Below are positions 38,422 to 51,976 of a stretch of 64,000 nt of DNA, piece after piece; position 1 is the first letter of the stretch; the number at the start of each line of letters is the position of its first letter. The notes under the pieces are model-generated. The model saw only the letters and a list, made by a program, of their open reading frames with translations. It was not told where the DNA came from and did no database searches. Source of the stretch: Paraspadella gotoi (lineage: Eukaryota; Animalia; Chaetognatha); the NCBI GenBank assembly GCA_051294375.1, contig CM119269.1:2343958-2407957 (forward strand). Reading direction: 5' to 3'. Made by a program: the position numbers and the translations under genes.

Positions 38422-39115
38422 TGTGGGATTCGATCCCGTTTTCTTCGCCTTCCAAAGCAGCTCAGCCAGGAGTAAGGCCTATTTTCCAATTCATAAACAA
38501 ACTCGTTTTCAAAGTTTTATATATAATTATAAACACTTTAAATCAATAAGCAAAATAATGATTTCCCGGATTCGATCCCGGGACCTTCAATCAGCAACTA
38601 TGCATTAGTGGTTTTCACCACTTCGGTACTTATCAAATAGATATTCCATTCTTACCCTAAATATAAACTTAATCATGTTAAAACAAAAGAACATTATGTT
38701 ACTATATTGATGCTAGAGTACACTAGCATAAGTTTTATGGTTCCTCTTTTAGAACCTTACCAATGTTATTCCTTTATTCACTCACAAAGAATCTTCTTTA
38801 CCAAGTGGATCAACATCTCCATAATGTTAATATTATTTCCTTGTTAACGTTTAATAATTGTTATTATTGATATTTATTGATTAATATTATTGCTTGTTAT
38901 TGCCATGCTTTTTAACGCATATAGAATATCTATATGCTTTGATTATTTATTAAGGTACCAATTTTAACCGTGAACAAATCAAGAACTTTGTTCTAGAACA
39001 TTTTTATAGAACCAAGTGGTTCTGACGAACTGTTGCAGCCCGCGACGCCGCGAAGAATCTTCTCACGCCTTTTAACGCGCCTGAAGGAAGTTGGCGATTC
39101 CGTGAATTCGCCACA
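38422..39115 (+). repeat. 5' LTR (694 bp)
   Basis: TG...CA termini; near-identical to 43858-44552. Confidence 0.96.
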
Positions 39116-39116
39116 T

Positions 39117-39129
39117 TGGTGACCCCGAC
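39117..39129 (+). promoter_or_regulatory. Primer binding site complementary to the tRNA-Trp 3' end
   Basis: TGGTGACCCCGAC, 1 nt after the 5' LTR; identical to the start of the known tRNA-Trp PBS (TGGTGACCCCGACGTGAT). Confidence 0.92.
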
Positions 39130-39214
39130 AACGAACTTTCAGTAACGCTTGAACAAGATTCGAGACGCCTACCAACCTTCGAACCGGAAGTGACGTCATT
39201 CGCGCCCGTTCTCG

Positions 39215-40357
39215 ATGCCGCTGCCGACTCTGGGAGCCGTTACGCGTTCAAAATCTCAATCCCTCTACGTCCGATCGCCGAGAGGCCGCGGACGACTCTC
39301 TCCTTCACCGGGCTTGGCCGAAGAGGAAGTTGAGGCACCGCCAGTAGGCCGTCAAACGACGCCGCTGAGCCCAGGAGTTTTTCATTTCCCGTCAATCAAT
39401 CTTGAAGCCAGATCCGGCCCCAGCACAGATATGGCTGAAGCCCCACCATCACAAGCGGAAGTCGATTCGCTACGCGCAGCTCTCGACGCCGCCATGGCAG
39501 CAACACGCGCCGCTCAGGAGGCGCTGGCCCGAGTGGACAAACCAAAAAAGCCGGAGCTGCCGGCATTCGATAAAGACAACATTGAAATTTGGATCAGGAG
39601 AATCGAGGCCGCATACACTCGAGCCAAAGTCGTCTCTCCCAAGGACAAGTTTGCCTTCTTGGAGGCAAAAATATCGGTGGACATCGACCCAAGGATCAAT
39701 GCTTTCCTTTACGCCGATCCGTCGGAGGAGAGATGGACGGCTTTCCTTACTTATCTCCGCTCAGAGTATGGCCTCACCAGACGCAGACAAGCGGAGCTGA
39801 TTCTCGACGCACAAATTAAACGCGATGACATGAAGCCATCGCAGCACCTCGCTCGAATGATTGAGAAGGCATCGACCGTCACTTTAGACGACATCCTCAA
39901 GGAGCTCGTTATCCGAGGCCTGCCAACGTCCGTCAAAGCAAATGTGATTGACCGCGCGGAATCTTCCACAGCCGCGCAACTCGCCGAAATCGCAGACAGA
40001 CACTTTGACGCCTTAGGACGGCCGCTACATAAGAGCGCCGCCAACCCAGTCAATGCGGTCGTCAACAACTTTGAAGAGAGCAGTGCCAGCGAGGCCGAGG
40101 ACCCTCCGGAGATCAACTTCGTCAATCGACGCCGCGATAACCGCCCTCAATCTGCTGTTAGACGAAACCCGCCTCCCAGCGCCGCCCGAGCGCCTCCTTC
40201 CAGATCAGAGGGCGCCACAACTTCGAAGCTTCGCCAAGTCTGCCATTTCCATGCCAAATATGGCGACGCAGCCTACAGGTGTGAAAAAGGCTGTGATAGG
40301 TACGCAGAGAAGCGCGCGACAAAGCCGGGAAACGGCCAGGCGGGCCGGCGCCGGTGA
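39215..40357 (+). CDS. gag: Gag (380 aa)
   Basis: Intact ORF after the PBS; LPAF..NIEIW capsid-like motif and [16 protein letters not shown] (CHCC) nucleocapsid motif. Confidence 0.92.
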   Translation: MPLPTLGAVTRSKSQSLYVRSPRGRGRLSPSPGLAEEEVEAPPVGRQTTPLSPGVFHFPSINLEARSGPSTDMAEAPPSQAEVDSLRAALDAAMAATRAAQEALARVDKPKKPELPAFDKDNIEIWIRRIEAAYTRAKVVSPKDKFAFLEAKISVDIDPRINAFLYADPSEERWTAFLTYLRSEYGLTRRRQAELILDAQIKRDDMKPSQHLARMIEKASTVTLDDILKELVIRGLPTSVKANVIDRAESSTAAQLAEIADRHFDALGRPLHKSAANPVNAVVNNFEESSASEAEDPPEINFVNRRRDNRPQSAVRRNPPPSAARAPPSRSEGATTSKLRQVCHFHAKYGDAAYRCEKGCDRYAEKRATKPGNGQAGRRR

Positions 40358-40375
40358 ACGCCGTGCCCCGCCAAC
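40327..40375 (+). promoter_or_regulatory. -1 programmed ribosomal frameshift signal (gag-pol)
   Basis: Slippery heptamer G GGA AAC (40327-40333) in the gag frame. Pol is in the -1 frame and open from here. Downstream GC-rich stem GGCGGG.CGGCG/CGCCG..CCCGCC. Confidence 0.8.
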
Positions 40376-42765
40376 TTGGAACTTCACCTGACAATTCGTA
40401 CCTGCTCCATGTTGTTGACGCAACCGATGGCCGCGCATGGTTGGTGGATGGCGGCGCCATGCTATCCCTTGTTCCACCAACTCCAGAGCAGCGCGCCGCC
40501 GGTCCAGCAGGTCCCCAACTTCAAGCCGCAAATGGGACGCCGATTGCCTGTTATGGAACAACCAAGAAAAACATTACTCTGGGCCCACGGCGTTTTCCCT
40601 TCGAGGTACTAGTGGCCGACGTCACCCAGAGCATTTTGGGCGCCGACTTCCTCGCGGAGTTTTTCTTGGCTCCCAATCATAGGGACGGGCTACTTCTTGA
40701 CTTGAAGGACTATTCGACCATTGTCTGTGCACGCTCCTATGGCAATCCTCCTTCTCACGTCCACCTTGTGGGCCAAGATACAGAATATTACCGGCTCCTC
40801 GACAATTTCCCAGCTCTTACAACCCCAACCTTCGAAATCAAAGAGCCAAAACACGGAATCCGACACTATATCACTACTCAGGGCCGCCCTTGTCAAGCAC
40901 GTGCTCGTCGACTGTCTCCCGAGAAACTAGCAGTCGCCAAAGCAGAATTGGATAAAATGGTTGAACTTGGCGTTGCCATGAGAGCAAAAAGCCCCTGGTC
41001 ATCCCCATTACATTGCGTGCCCAAAGGTGATGGTGGATGGCGCGTGTGCGGTGACTACCGCCAATTGAATGCTCAAACAGTACCTGACAGATATCCAGTC
41101 AAACTTTTAGCAGATTTCAATGCCCAACTGGCAGGGAAAACGGTTTTCTCAAAAATCGACCTCTTAAAGGGTTATCACCAAATTCCAGTAGCGCCGGAAG
41201 ATGTGCCAAAAACTGCGGTGATAACACCTTTTGGACTATACGTCTTCCTTCGTACTCCATTTGGCCTTAAGAATGCTGGTCAAGACTTCCAGCGGCTAAT
41301 GGACGAAATCCTTGGCGACCTTCCTAGGGTCTACGTATACTTGGACGACATTCTGGTCGCGAGCGAAGATGAGGCCCAGCATCTCAAAGACCTGGAGGAA
41401 GTTTTCGAATCCCTTCAGCAGAACGGCCTCGTTGTGAACCGGAAAAAGTGCATCCTCGGTCAGAGTTCCTTGGAGTTTCTGGGCTACCATGTTGATGCGG
41501 ATGGCGTCAAGCCCCTCCCGCAGCGTGTCGACGCTCTTCGCGAAACGGCACCACCCTCAACGGTAAAGGAACTTCAACGTTTCCTAGGCATGATAAACTA
41601 CTACCGTCGGTTTATACCGAGGGTAGCTCATCATGCAACGCCGCTCTATGATGCCCTCAAAGGAAAGCCGAGGCGCCTGGATTGGAACACAGATTGCCAA
41701 AGAGGATTTGACGCCGTCAAGGAGGCCCTCGCCAATGCTGTTTTGTTACGACATCCCAAAACCGGCGCTGCTCTCTCCCTTACAACCGACGCCTCAGACC
41801 ATGCGGTGGGTGCAGTGCTGGAACAACGCGGCCATCAAGGATGGGAACCGTTGGCCTTCTTTTCCGCCAAACTCAGCGACGCCCAACGCAAGTGGCCGCC
41901 CTTCGACAGGGAGCTTTATGGCGCCTTTAGAGCCGTAAGGCATTTCCGGCCATGGCTGGAAGGGCGCGCTTTCATCCTATACACGGACCACATGAGTCTG
42001 ATTCATGCTCTTCACAAGAAAAGCGAACCCCAAACCGCGAGACACACCTTTCAGCTCTCAGCAATATCGGAGTTTACAACTGACATTCGCCACGTGGAGG
42101 GCAAAGCAAATGTTGTCGCCGACGCCCTCTCTCGTCCCAATCAAGCAACGGAAATCTCCACGAAGCCCTTGAGCGACGAGAAGGCCGACCACTTTGCCCT
42201 AATCGCGGCTGCAGTGCAGCATCAAGGGGTAGATCTACAGGAAATGGCCCGTCAACAGCCGCTAGACAGAGATTTCCGGCGACTTCTCCAAGACCCGTCA
42301 ACGGGCCTTCACTTCAAACGAGTTCAGCTGGGGAGGGAGACAATAATGGTGGACGTCTCAAACGGGCCTCCGCGACCATTCGTCCCCGAAGCCTGGCGTC
42401 GACGAGTCTTTAGTACTATTCACGACCTTGGACACCCTGGAGTCGCCCGTACTCGCGAAGCCGTGGCGGAGAAGTTTGTCTGGCCCTCCATGAGAGCCGA
42501 CGTAACGCGCTTGACTGGGCACGCGAGTGCATCGCCTGCCAAAGGGCTAAAGTCATTCCGCCACACCGTCCCAGAGATAGGCGAATTTGCTGTCCCGCCA
42601 CGCCGATTCCAAACATGTACATGTCGACCTTGTCAAGATGCCCGTGTCAAATGGTTTCTTCACCTGTTGACGGCCGTAGATCGCTCTTACAAGATGGCCC
42701 ATGGCCGTGCCCATCAAGGACCACTGCAGCAACTGTGGCTGACGCATTTGCGCACCACTGGGTAG
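40354..42765 (+). CDS. pol: Pol: aspartic protease, reverse transcriptase, RNase H, integrase Zn finger (frame disrupted after ~42510)
   Basis: LVDGGA and ILGADFL (PR); SPWSSP, DYRQLN, KGYHQI, PFGLKNA, YLDD (RT); [24 protein letters not shown] (RH); HDLGHPG, with CIAC in a shifted frame at ~42528. Confidence 0.95.
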   Translation: MNAVPRQLGTSPDNSYLLHVVDATDGRAWLVDGGAMLSLVPPTPEQRAAGPAGPQLQAANGTPIACYGTTKKNITLGPRRFPFEVLVADVTQSILGADFLAEFFLAPNHRDGLLLDLKDYSTIVCARSYGNPPSHVHLVGQDTEYYRLLDNFPALTTPTFEIKEPKHGIRHYITTQGRPCQARARRLSPEKLAVAKAELDKMVELGVAMRAKSPWSSPLHCVPKGDGGWRVCGDYRQLNAQTVPDRYPVKLLADFNAQLAGKTVFSKIDLLKGYHQIPVAPEDVPKTAVITPFGLYVFLRTPFGLKNAGQDFQRLMDEILGDLPRVYVYLDDILVASEDEAQHLKDLEEVFESLQQNGLVVNRKKCILGQSSLEFLGYHVDADGVKPLPQRVDALRETAPPSTVKELQRFLGMINYYRRFIPRVAHHATPLYDALKGKPRRLDWNTDCQRGFDAVKEALANAVLLRHPKTGAALSLTTDASDHAVGAVLEQRGHQGWEPLAFFSAKLSDAQRKWPPFDRELYGAFRAVRHFRPWLEGRAFILYTDHMSLIHALHKKSEPQTARHTFQLSAISEFTTDIRHVEGKANVVADALSRPNQATEISTKPLSDEKADHFALIAAAVQHQGVDLQEMARQQPLDRDFRRLLQDPSTGLHFKRVQLGRETIMVDVSNGPPRPFVPEAWRRRVFSTIHDLGHPGVARTREAVAEKFVWPSMRADVTRLTGHASASPAKGLKSFRHTVPEIGEFAVPPRRFQTCTCRPCQDARVKWFLHLLTAVDRSYKMAHGRAHQGPLQQLWLTHLRTTG

Positions 42766-43400
42766 CGTCATTCGGAATTCCCTCAGACATTACCACCGAT
42801 AGAGGATCCCAGTTCTCCTCAGCGATCTGGAGACAATTGGCCGAGACGTGGAGCTGCAAATTACATCTGACTACAGCATATCATCCGGAAGCAAATGGAC
42901 TGGTTGAACGTTTTCACCGTCGATTGAAGGAGTCCATTATCGCCATCTCTGTAGTGAAACCACACAACTGGTACTGGAGACTTCCCTCCGCACTGTTGTC
43001 AATCCGTACAACCATCAAGCCGGATGTAGATGTGCGCCCAGCCCAATTGGTTTATGGAGATGGCCTCGCGGTCCCTGGCGATCTTCTCGCGTCAAACTAC
43101 TCTGAGGCGGACGAGAGGGACGCCCGCGGCGTCTTCGAGATGAGCTGCGACTGGAAGTCGAACGTTTACAGCCGGCTCCAACAAGTAGGCACCGCGTCCT
43201 CGAGTCAACCTCCCAACAGCCTCGCCACATCCACGCACGTCTTCGTCCCGGGTGGGTGGATCCATCCGACTCTCACCGCCCCATACGAAGGCCCCTTCCG
43301 CGTCACGGCCAGAGACAACTTAAATTTTATAGTCGAAATCCCAGGAAGGGGTGCAGAAACAATCGCCATATCTCGCATCAAGCCCGCCAACGTTCTTTGA
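42615..43400 (+). CDS. pol: Pol C-terminal part: integrase catalytic core and GPY/F motif (frameshifted)
   Basis: [48 protein letters not shown]. Confidence 0.93.
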   Translation: MYMSTLSRCPCQMVSSPVDGRRSLLQDGPWPCPSRTTAATVADAFAHHWVASFGIPSDITTDRGSQFSSAIWRQLAETWSCKLHLTTAYHPEANGLVERFHRRLKESIIAISVVKPHNWYWRLPSALLSIRTTIKPDVDVRPAQLVYGDGLAVPGDLLASNYSEADERDARGVFEMSCDWKSNVYSRLQQVGTASSSQPPNSLATSTHVFVPGGWIHPTLTAPYEGPFRVTARDNLNFIVEIPGRGAETIAISRIKPANVL

Positions 43401-43848
43401 TGACGCAGCACAAGACGAAGCACAGGCTGAGGAAAGGCGCGCGCCATCTCCGCGCCCAGTTCTCCGTCGTCCGTCATTTCGGACCCGCGCTCGGGCGCAA
43501 AATCACCAACGTCAAGTGAATGATAACATCAGAAGCGCTGGAGAAGACGAAAATCAATTATTTCCGGCCACCGCCTACTCAAGCACCTTCGTCTCCCGCG
43601 GCCGCAAGACGTCTTCCGCCATTAAGGCGATCTTCACGCTCACCGACGCCGCGACAGCGCGCCGTTCTGGCCTACGCCTTTCCCTCGCGCGAAGACGGCA
43701 GATTCTTGCTGCCGCACGAGCGCCAACGCGGCGACGCGCCCAGATTACGGCGCAGTGCTACGACAGATTCTTACGCAACAAAATGATCAACTGAGCCCAA
43801 ACGTGTGGCTTGCGCATCCAGATCTCGTCACCTCCTGACTCCTCGTCT

Positions 43849-43857
43849 GGGGGGGAA
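43849..43857 (+). promoter_or_regulatory. Polypurine tract
   Basis: GGGGGGGAA immediately before the TG of the 3' LTR. Confidence 0.85.
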
Positions 43858-44552
43858 TGTGGGATTCGATCCCGTTTTCTTCGCCTTCCAAAGCAGCTCA
43901 GCAGAGTGAAGGCCTATTTTCCAATCATAAACAAACTCGTTCTTCAAAGTTTTATATATAATTATAAACACTTTAAATCAATAAGCAAAATAATATTTCC
44001 CGGATTCGATCCCGGGACCTTTCAATCAGCAACTATGCATTAGTGGTTTTCACCACTTCGGTACTTATCAAATAGATATTCCATTCTTACCCTAAATATA
44101 AACTTAATCATGTTAAAACAAAGAACATTTATGTTTACTATATTGATGCTAGAGTACACTAGCATAAGTTTTATGGTTCCTCTTTTAGAACCTTACCAAT
44201 GTTATTCCTTTATTCACTCACAAAGAATCTTCTTTACCAAGTGGATCAACATCTCCATAATGTTAATATTTATTCCTTGTTAACGTTAATAATTGTTATT
44301 ATTGATATTTATTGATTAATATTATTGCTTGTTATTGCCATTGCTTTTTAACGCATATAGAATATCTATATGCTTTGATTATTTTATTAAGGTACCAATT
44401 TTAACCGTGAACAAATCAAGAACTTTGTTCTAGAACATTTTTATAGAACCAAGTGGTTCTGACGAACTGTTGCAGCCCGCGACGCCGCGAAGAATTCTTC
44501 ACGCCTTTTAACGCCGTCTGAAGGAAGTTGGCGATTCCGTGAATTCGCCACA
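43858..44552 (+). repeat. 3' LTR (695 bp)
   Basis: Near-identical to the 5' LTR, followed by TSD CTCA. Confidence 0.96.
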
Positions 44553-45009
44553 CTCACCCCAATTCCGAGGCACAATTTCTCACATTGTTCAGATGTTTTG
44601 TCCTTTAACCTCGCCGTCGCCCTCTGCGGGGAAAGAGCAAAAACAGGGTCGATCGGGAGACGTAGCGAGTTAACGAAACAAAAGACAACGAGAACTCATT
44701 TTAAGTGAGATAGATCTTGTTTCCAATATTACTTATTATAAGTTATTAATCAATCATTATTCAAAAAATTAAATACATTTATTTATTTTTAAACATCACT
44801 GCAGTGTATCGGATTCACATTTAAACCTTACCATGCTGACGTCAGCCTGACACCTCGGTTTGCACTGCTGAGAATCAGGAAAAGATTTCAGACTTTCTTC
44901 GTAAGTCGGAGGACGCGACGCTGACGGGGATCAATGAAACCAAACCAAACGTATCAAATTATAATTATTTTATAACGTAATTTATGAGACGACGACAATG
45001 ACGACAAGA

Positions 45010-45360
45010 AGGACAATGACGTCAAGGAAGAAGAGACGAAGAGACGAAGAACGAAGAGACGAAGAGACGAGAGACGAATAGACAAAAAGAAGGAAAAGAT
45101 AAAAGAGACGAGGGACGAAGGAGACAAGAGACGAAGAGACGAAGAGACGAATTATAGACGAATAGACAGAGAATAGACAAAAAGAAGAAAAGATAAAGAG
45201 ACGAAGGGACAAAGGGCAAGAGACGAAGGAGAACAAAGAGACAAAGAGACAAAGAGACAAAGAGACAAAGAGTCAAAGAGATGAGGAGAAAAGAGACAAA
45301 TAGACAAGTAGACGAAAAGACGAAAAGACGAAAAGACGAAAAGACGAAAAGACGAAGATG
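45010..45360. repeat. Degenerate purine-rich array (agacgaag/agacaaag units)
   Basis: ~8-bp units read directly. Confidence 0.85.
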
Positions 45361-45940
45361 CTTTAAAAGTCGATTTTTTAGAAAACCTCAGTATCACAAG
45401 AGTAGTTTTGGCCGTCCAACGAGGCAGGCGACAGTCTTGCAAGCTCTCAAGACGTCATTCATCAAGATCAGGTGCTCAGTCGGTGTCAGCGACGACGACG
45501 ACGATAACGACGACGACGATAACGACGACGACTCGAGTTTCTTTATCTCCCCTGAAACCACGTCCTCAATCTCATTTATTTCATTTCTAATTTCATTTTT
45601 GCGTCATTTTTATTCCATTTTTATCTTATTTTTATCATTGTGAGGGACGAATGGTTTGGTTACGAGGTGGCGACGATCCGCCGAGCGAACTGTTGCAGGC
45701 CGTCGTGATGGTCGGCGTCTTAAGAGAATGAAAAAGATGATTACGCTTCATTGTGAATTTTGTCGTGAGGCTTTCGACGAAAGGTTTTTTAACTGATATA
45801 AAATATTGAAACTTACGATACAAACGCAGAGAAATACCATCCATAACTTCATCTGAGAAGTGAAAGATAAAAAAAAAATGAAAGAAAATAATTAAGAAAA
45901 CATTCGAAGGTGAAAAGGAACATTCGTTTATTCACTCGTT

Positions 45941-46051
<111 letters not shown>

Positions 46052-47347
46052 ATTCCTGTTTTCAAATGCAAATATTCCGCACTTCTTGCCATTTTTTTTG
46101 TTCTTGGCGTTCTCAGCTAAAAAAGAAAGTATTCATGTTAATGAAGACGCCGACGATCTTTTGTTTTTTTTTCTCGATGTTAATGAAAATGAAGGAAATA
46201 TTGAAATCCTGTTTGATACGTATACTACTATATATCTTTCGAAGTTGCATCGCTGCTAAAAAGAGAATTAGAAAAAAAAGAATAAGCGCCTTTTTGATAA
46301 GTACATATGAATCAATAATGAACGTACGTATGAATGTGCATTGTGCAAGCGTTTGTAAAACAATTTTTAAAATAATTCCTTATATTAATAAAAGAAAACG
46401 AAATGATTTTAACCAATACATGTTCAGGAAACCTATTATACTTATCGTAGACGGCATCTCGCGAGGCCGCATTTTAGTTCGCATTAGTCTGCCGAGAGAC
46501 ATCGGGCGGCGAACGTTCGCGCCTGGAATTTCGCGCCTCTAGTTTCTAGCGAATCCGGTTGAGAAAGTCCATTTGTCAATCGCTTGAAAAAACCGTTGCT
46601 AAGTAACGGAAAGCCTCACAGCTTCGCATCAGCTTTTCATTTTTATCAAACAAGAAAGATAACACCGAGAGGGAGCGTGAATATCACTTTGTCCTTGTCC
46701 TCGTTTATGTCCTCATCGTCTTTGTCCGTTTCGTACTCTGCTTCCAACGAAAAATTACAGTTTTATCTTGTAAAGTGTTTGGCGATACATTGTTAAAAAT
46801 AGAAGAGAGAGAAGGAAGACTTGAGCGTTTAAATAACACACATAAGTCACACAGTTTGAGTTTGACACGTAACTCGTAGTACGGCGGCCTGATCTTCGTT
46901 TATTTACGATTTTTACGAGAGAGAGAGAGAGAGAGAGAGCGAGAGCGAATGCGGTTTTCGTTGTGCAGTCTTTCATTAATCATTACTTTGCACGTTCCGT
47001 TAGAAATAAATTTTTATTCACACTTTCACAAACAAATAGAGAAGAAAAATGGAGAGTGAGAAAAAACATTTGTTATTTTCGCTCCAATCCTTTTTCAGTT
47101 TAAACTTTACTATTCAGGTTACAGATTAAACAAAGTATTGTGTACCGTTATTCGTTCAGATTTAGTGTCTAAAAACTAAATTAATGCCATTGAAAAATGG
47201 AGTTTTGTCGCGCGCAAACGAACTTTCGTGTGCAAACACGCAAGCACGTTCGCAACACGCTGGCATACACACAACTCTTTATATATACGACCTACGATTT
47301 CAACTTCTGACTCGGAAAAACGAGAGAAATGAGAGAAGAAAGAAGGA

Positions 47348-47399
<52 letters not shown>

Positions 47400-47429
47400 A
47401 TAGAAAAGGAAAACTCGATCCCTGTGGTC

Positions 47430-47465
<36 letters not shown>

Positions 47466-48108
47466 CTCATCCTCTCCGCGTCGTCTCAAGGTCGATTCTC
47501 GTTCACGGTGATGAACACGAGTGGGAGAATTTCCCCTGATTCTTTTTCCTTCCAACGGAACGGCCTTCGTGGAGACGACGATGACGACGACGACACGACG
47601 ACGAATATATGGAGGACGAGGAGGAGGAAGACGACGACGACGACGACGAGACGAAATAGTAACTGGTGACGATGTTGACGCGAGAATTTACGACGACTGA
47701 GACGACGACGACGACGAAGTTGACGATCGAATGAAACTTGATGTTTTTGGTTGTCGAAGATTCGAATGAAACAACAAATACAACAACAACAACAACAAAA
47801 ACCACAACAACAACAAGACGGTCCATGAGGCTTGATTTTTCTGAACCCAAAACCCCGAGCCCAGACTCTTGTAGGCTCGTGTCGGTCCACAGCTTAAAAG
47901 ATCGAACGACTCGAGAGGAAAATAAGTAACGCTGACGCCGCGTCGGGTCGCTGAGTTTCGAGAATCTGTATAGTTCACTCGGGGTCGTTTCTCGGTTTTG
48001 TTTTATTCTGTTTTCTTTTCTTTCCTTCATTTTTACTTCGTTACATTCTTTGTTTTTTATCTGTTTTTTGTTTCGCTCTTTGTTTCTTTATTTTTTTGCT
48101 TCTTTCCT

Positions 48109-48191
<83 letters not shown>

Positions 48192-49420
48192 ATCCATATA
48201 TCTATCGTTCTTCTTTTTTCTCCAAATACTTTTCATTCTCTCGTCCCTCATTTCGCATTCAGAAGCGACATCTTCCGCTAAAAGCACAAAAAACGAAAGG
48301 ACGAGCGCCATCGCTACATCCGCCTTCGCACCCACAGCGACGTCCACAACGACGACGACGACTACGATAATCGATCTCAGTTCTACTACTGAAAAACAGA
48401 AACGTACTCGTTTCAAGGGCAAAGTCAGAGAGGGAAGAGAGAGAGAGAGAGAAAAAAAGAAGTATATAAAAGGGCGTGGGTGTGACTCGTTTCTTCGGCC
48501 AGGGAATCGGGGGCGTCGAAGCAGACAGCGTAGGCTATCGTAGGTAGACGAAGAGCGTGACGGTGGGACGGGGGGGGGGAGATCGGAGGGGGGGGGGTTA
48601 AATGAGGCTCGTTGTTGAAAAGAGGAGAAAAGAGAGAGACTTCCGGTCGACCTTGAGCGCGTCGAGCGGTGAGGGATGCGAGGGAGGCGAGCAGCGTCGG
48701 TAGCAGCGGCGGCAGAGTCGGCAGCTGCTGCGCGAGGGATGTGGGTGAGGCAGCCGGCGTCGCGGCGCGGGGCGACCTGACCTCGTTCTAAAAATATATA
48801 TATATATCCGTGCTCGAGAGAAAAAAAAATAGGAAAAAAAAAATAGTCGAGAGAAAATCTGATTTTTCGCGACTTTCTTCTTTTCCTCTCTCTGTTTTTT
48901 TTTAGTTTTTTTTTTAGTGTTCGACATTCCTGCTTTGGCAAGATTCCGAATTTCTGTCAGACTGAATCACACGACGGACACTTTGTGACTTGTGATGCGG
49001 GCGGAACGAAATAGATCTGATGCTTTTTTAAGGTTCAGATGACTTAATATATATATGTGATTTTTTTTAATTTCCTTTGGTTTTTCTTAGTTTTGTTTGT
49101 TCCGTTTGAGTTTGTTTGTTTAATCTTTCTTTATTTTACATTAGAGATTTATATCGTTATCATGGTTAGTTTCTTTGTTTGTTCGTTGCTTTTTTCGTTT
49201 TTCCTTTCTTTCGTTTGTTCGTGAGTCGAAGTGGAAACTTTGAGGAGAGAAGTCGATTCTTTCTCATCCCAAAAGTTCGGTTTTACAATCTCATTTGCAT
49301 ATTCCAGTCGATGAATCAGATCGATGACTCCCGCGAGGGAGGATGCGGAACAGAAAAAGGGAGAGGAAGTGGCAGGGGGCAAACGAGACTCGACCATGGA
49401 GAGATTGGAGAGAGAGAGAG

Positions 49421-49470
<50 letters not shown>

Positions 49471-50086
49471 GAGAGAGAGATAAGAGAGAGAGAGAGAGAG
49501 AGTTAGCCCCCCAAACACTGCAACATTTCAAATAGCAAAACTTAATAAAATAGAAAAAAAAAGAAGCAACAGGATTTTCTGCTTCATTGTCTTGCCTCTT
49601 TTTCTAACAGACTGAGTCCAAGCCTTCCCGTCTAATCTTTTTTTTTTAGAGAGGCTCTCGCATCGACGTATGTACATTGTACAATACAATTGTACATAAG
49701 TCTTTTGGCGGTTGTTGAGATCTCGAAATAACGAAGACGACAACGAGAACCGAAAACAACCGTTGAAACAATTTCCTGTTTAATCCTCTGCTCTTGTAAT
49801 TTAAGAAAACACCTGAGTCACTATTTCTCCTCGTTTCATTACTCAATCTCTCTCTCTCTCTCTCTCTCTCGCTCTCTCCTCTCTCTCTCTCTCTCTCTCT
49901 GTCTCTCCTCTCTCTCTCTCTCCTCTCTCTCTCTTTCGTGTCTCCCCTTGTCTCTGTCTTTCGCTTTTTCAATCCAACCCACTGAAATAAACCAGTTTTT
50001 TTAAATCACTCCAAAAGATCCACTTAAACACCTGAGTCTGTGGTTTTAATTTCCTTCTTTCTTTGTTTAACGCTTCTTTCTTTCTC

Positions 50087-50174
<88 letters not shown>

Positions 50175-51938
50175 TTTTTCTTTTTTACTCCCTTCTCTTT
50201 CCTTTCCTTCTTCCTTCCTCCTTTCCAATTAATACACTCAACTTTTGAAAGGAAATTCTGTTTTGACGCATCAAGTTTGAATTCAAATTGAAAAACAAAA
50301 GATCAGATCATCCAATGAAGAAGAACCCTTTAATATTCTTGTCACGTCTAAATTTTACTGATCAGAATGCTTTGATTAATGATTATGCTATATTACTTAT
50401 AAGGGCTCAGATGTTTTTTTTTCTACTATATAATTTACAATTTACTCTTAGCTTAACCCTTTTTTTTATCTTCAGCTTAACGCTTCTTGGTTTTATGGTG
50501 TAAGCGTCACCGATCGAGGGCAAATCACCCAATTAACATATGTAACTTGAATTTGATGGACGCTTCCCGTCGTAGGCCGTCTCCCATCTCTAATCTCCCC
50601 ACCTACCGTCGGCTATCTGCTTCTCAACATCTGTTACTCTACTTAGGATCGTTAATCGCTTTTAACCATTCGCGATCGTATGGTATTTAAAAACTGCCTT
50701 GCGCTATCTTTCATAAATTTCATACCAAAAAGAAAGTTCTATTCTATTTCCCTTTTGGGCTAATGGCGAAAAGAAATTGCCTACCATTAAGTTAATATAC
50801 TAAAAATTGCTTAATAACGATGTAAAAAAAAAAAAACATAAAATAAGGGAAAAGGGAACAATTTTTTTCATTTTTTGAAAATTTCATGAAGTTTTACAAC
50901 TTTCGAATTCCTCCCCTTAAATTCTTTCAGTAATCAAATTCTTTTGATGTTTTTTAATTCATTATTTCGTCTTTTGTGTCATTGCTTCATTCAATGGAGT
51001 CTTGCTTCATCAGCAACTTGGAAATCTGCAGACGGAAAATGATTTTGTTTCCCTGTCTTAAGGATTCCCTTTTAAGAAAAGGAGAAAGCAAAGAGAGAGA
51101 AAAAGGGATATAGAGAGAAAAATATTAAGAGAGATTGAGAACGAGAGGAATGTAAGGGCAGAGAAAAAAATAAATTAAGCCAACGTCACTGTGAAATACT
51201 ATGCCTCGTCTCTCTCTAACATTTTAAGGTTTTAAATTCAGATTCGTCTAAAATTCTTCACGATTCAGTTTGACCGGTCTTTTTTTTTTGTCCCGTTATT
51301 ATTTTGCCGGTCTTTTGTTTGACCGTGATAATTTGGAGAGATAGGAGAAAATTTTTTAGTTCTTATTTAGACTCAGCAAAGAAACGATTCGCTCGTCCCT
51401 AATACAGTTTTACGGGACAACTTCTGAATATTTTATTGAAAAATAAAGACTCAGAATTTGATTCACGACTTTTCCTTCATAATTGGCCTCGTGATTCAGC
51501 TCGTATTTTTATAAAGTTCCCTCGTCAAATTACACGAAACGATCGACGTCTCGAAGGCGCGATGCAGCGGACTCGAAGCATCAAAATACTTCACAGTGAC
51601 TTTCTTTTCTTTTCACGTATCATTGATGGCGATGCTGACGAAACTCACGACGAGGAAGAAGGAAAAAAGAAAAGAAAAGAATGGTTAGAGTTAACGGATT
51701 AAGAATTTACGTAGAGGAAAAAGAGGCCCGAGCCAGGAAAGGAAAAGGTGATTCGAAAGAAAAAGGAAAACGTTTGGAAATAAAGAAAGAAAATAAAAGG
51801 AATGTCTCTCTCTCTTTCTTCCTACGAAGATCCGATTGAAACAAATGGAGAACGGCTTTTATTATTTTTTTTTTCTATACCATTCTCGGAGATATCTTTC
51901 TCACTCTATCTTTTTCTTGCTCCATCCTTCTCGTTTCG

Positions 51939-51976
<38 letters not shown>

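Larger units (their letters stand above)
38422..44552 (+). mobile_element. Full-length Ty3/Gypsy LTR retrotransposon, CsRn1-like clade
   Basis: Paired LTRs TGTGG...CCACA, 4-bp TSD CTCA (38418-38421 and 44553-44556), tRNA-Trp PBS, PPT, gag with a CHCC-type motif, and pol in PR-RT-RH-IN order. Confidence 0.97.

Noticed and set aside
43351-43794. Possible env-like third ORF in the retrotransposon
   Set aside because: Short, low-complexity, no signal peptide or TM segment; more likely frameshifted pol tail or 3' UTR.
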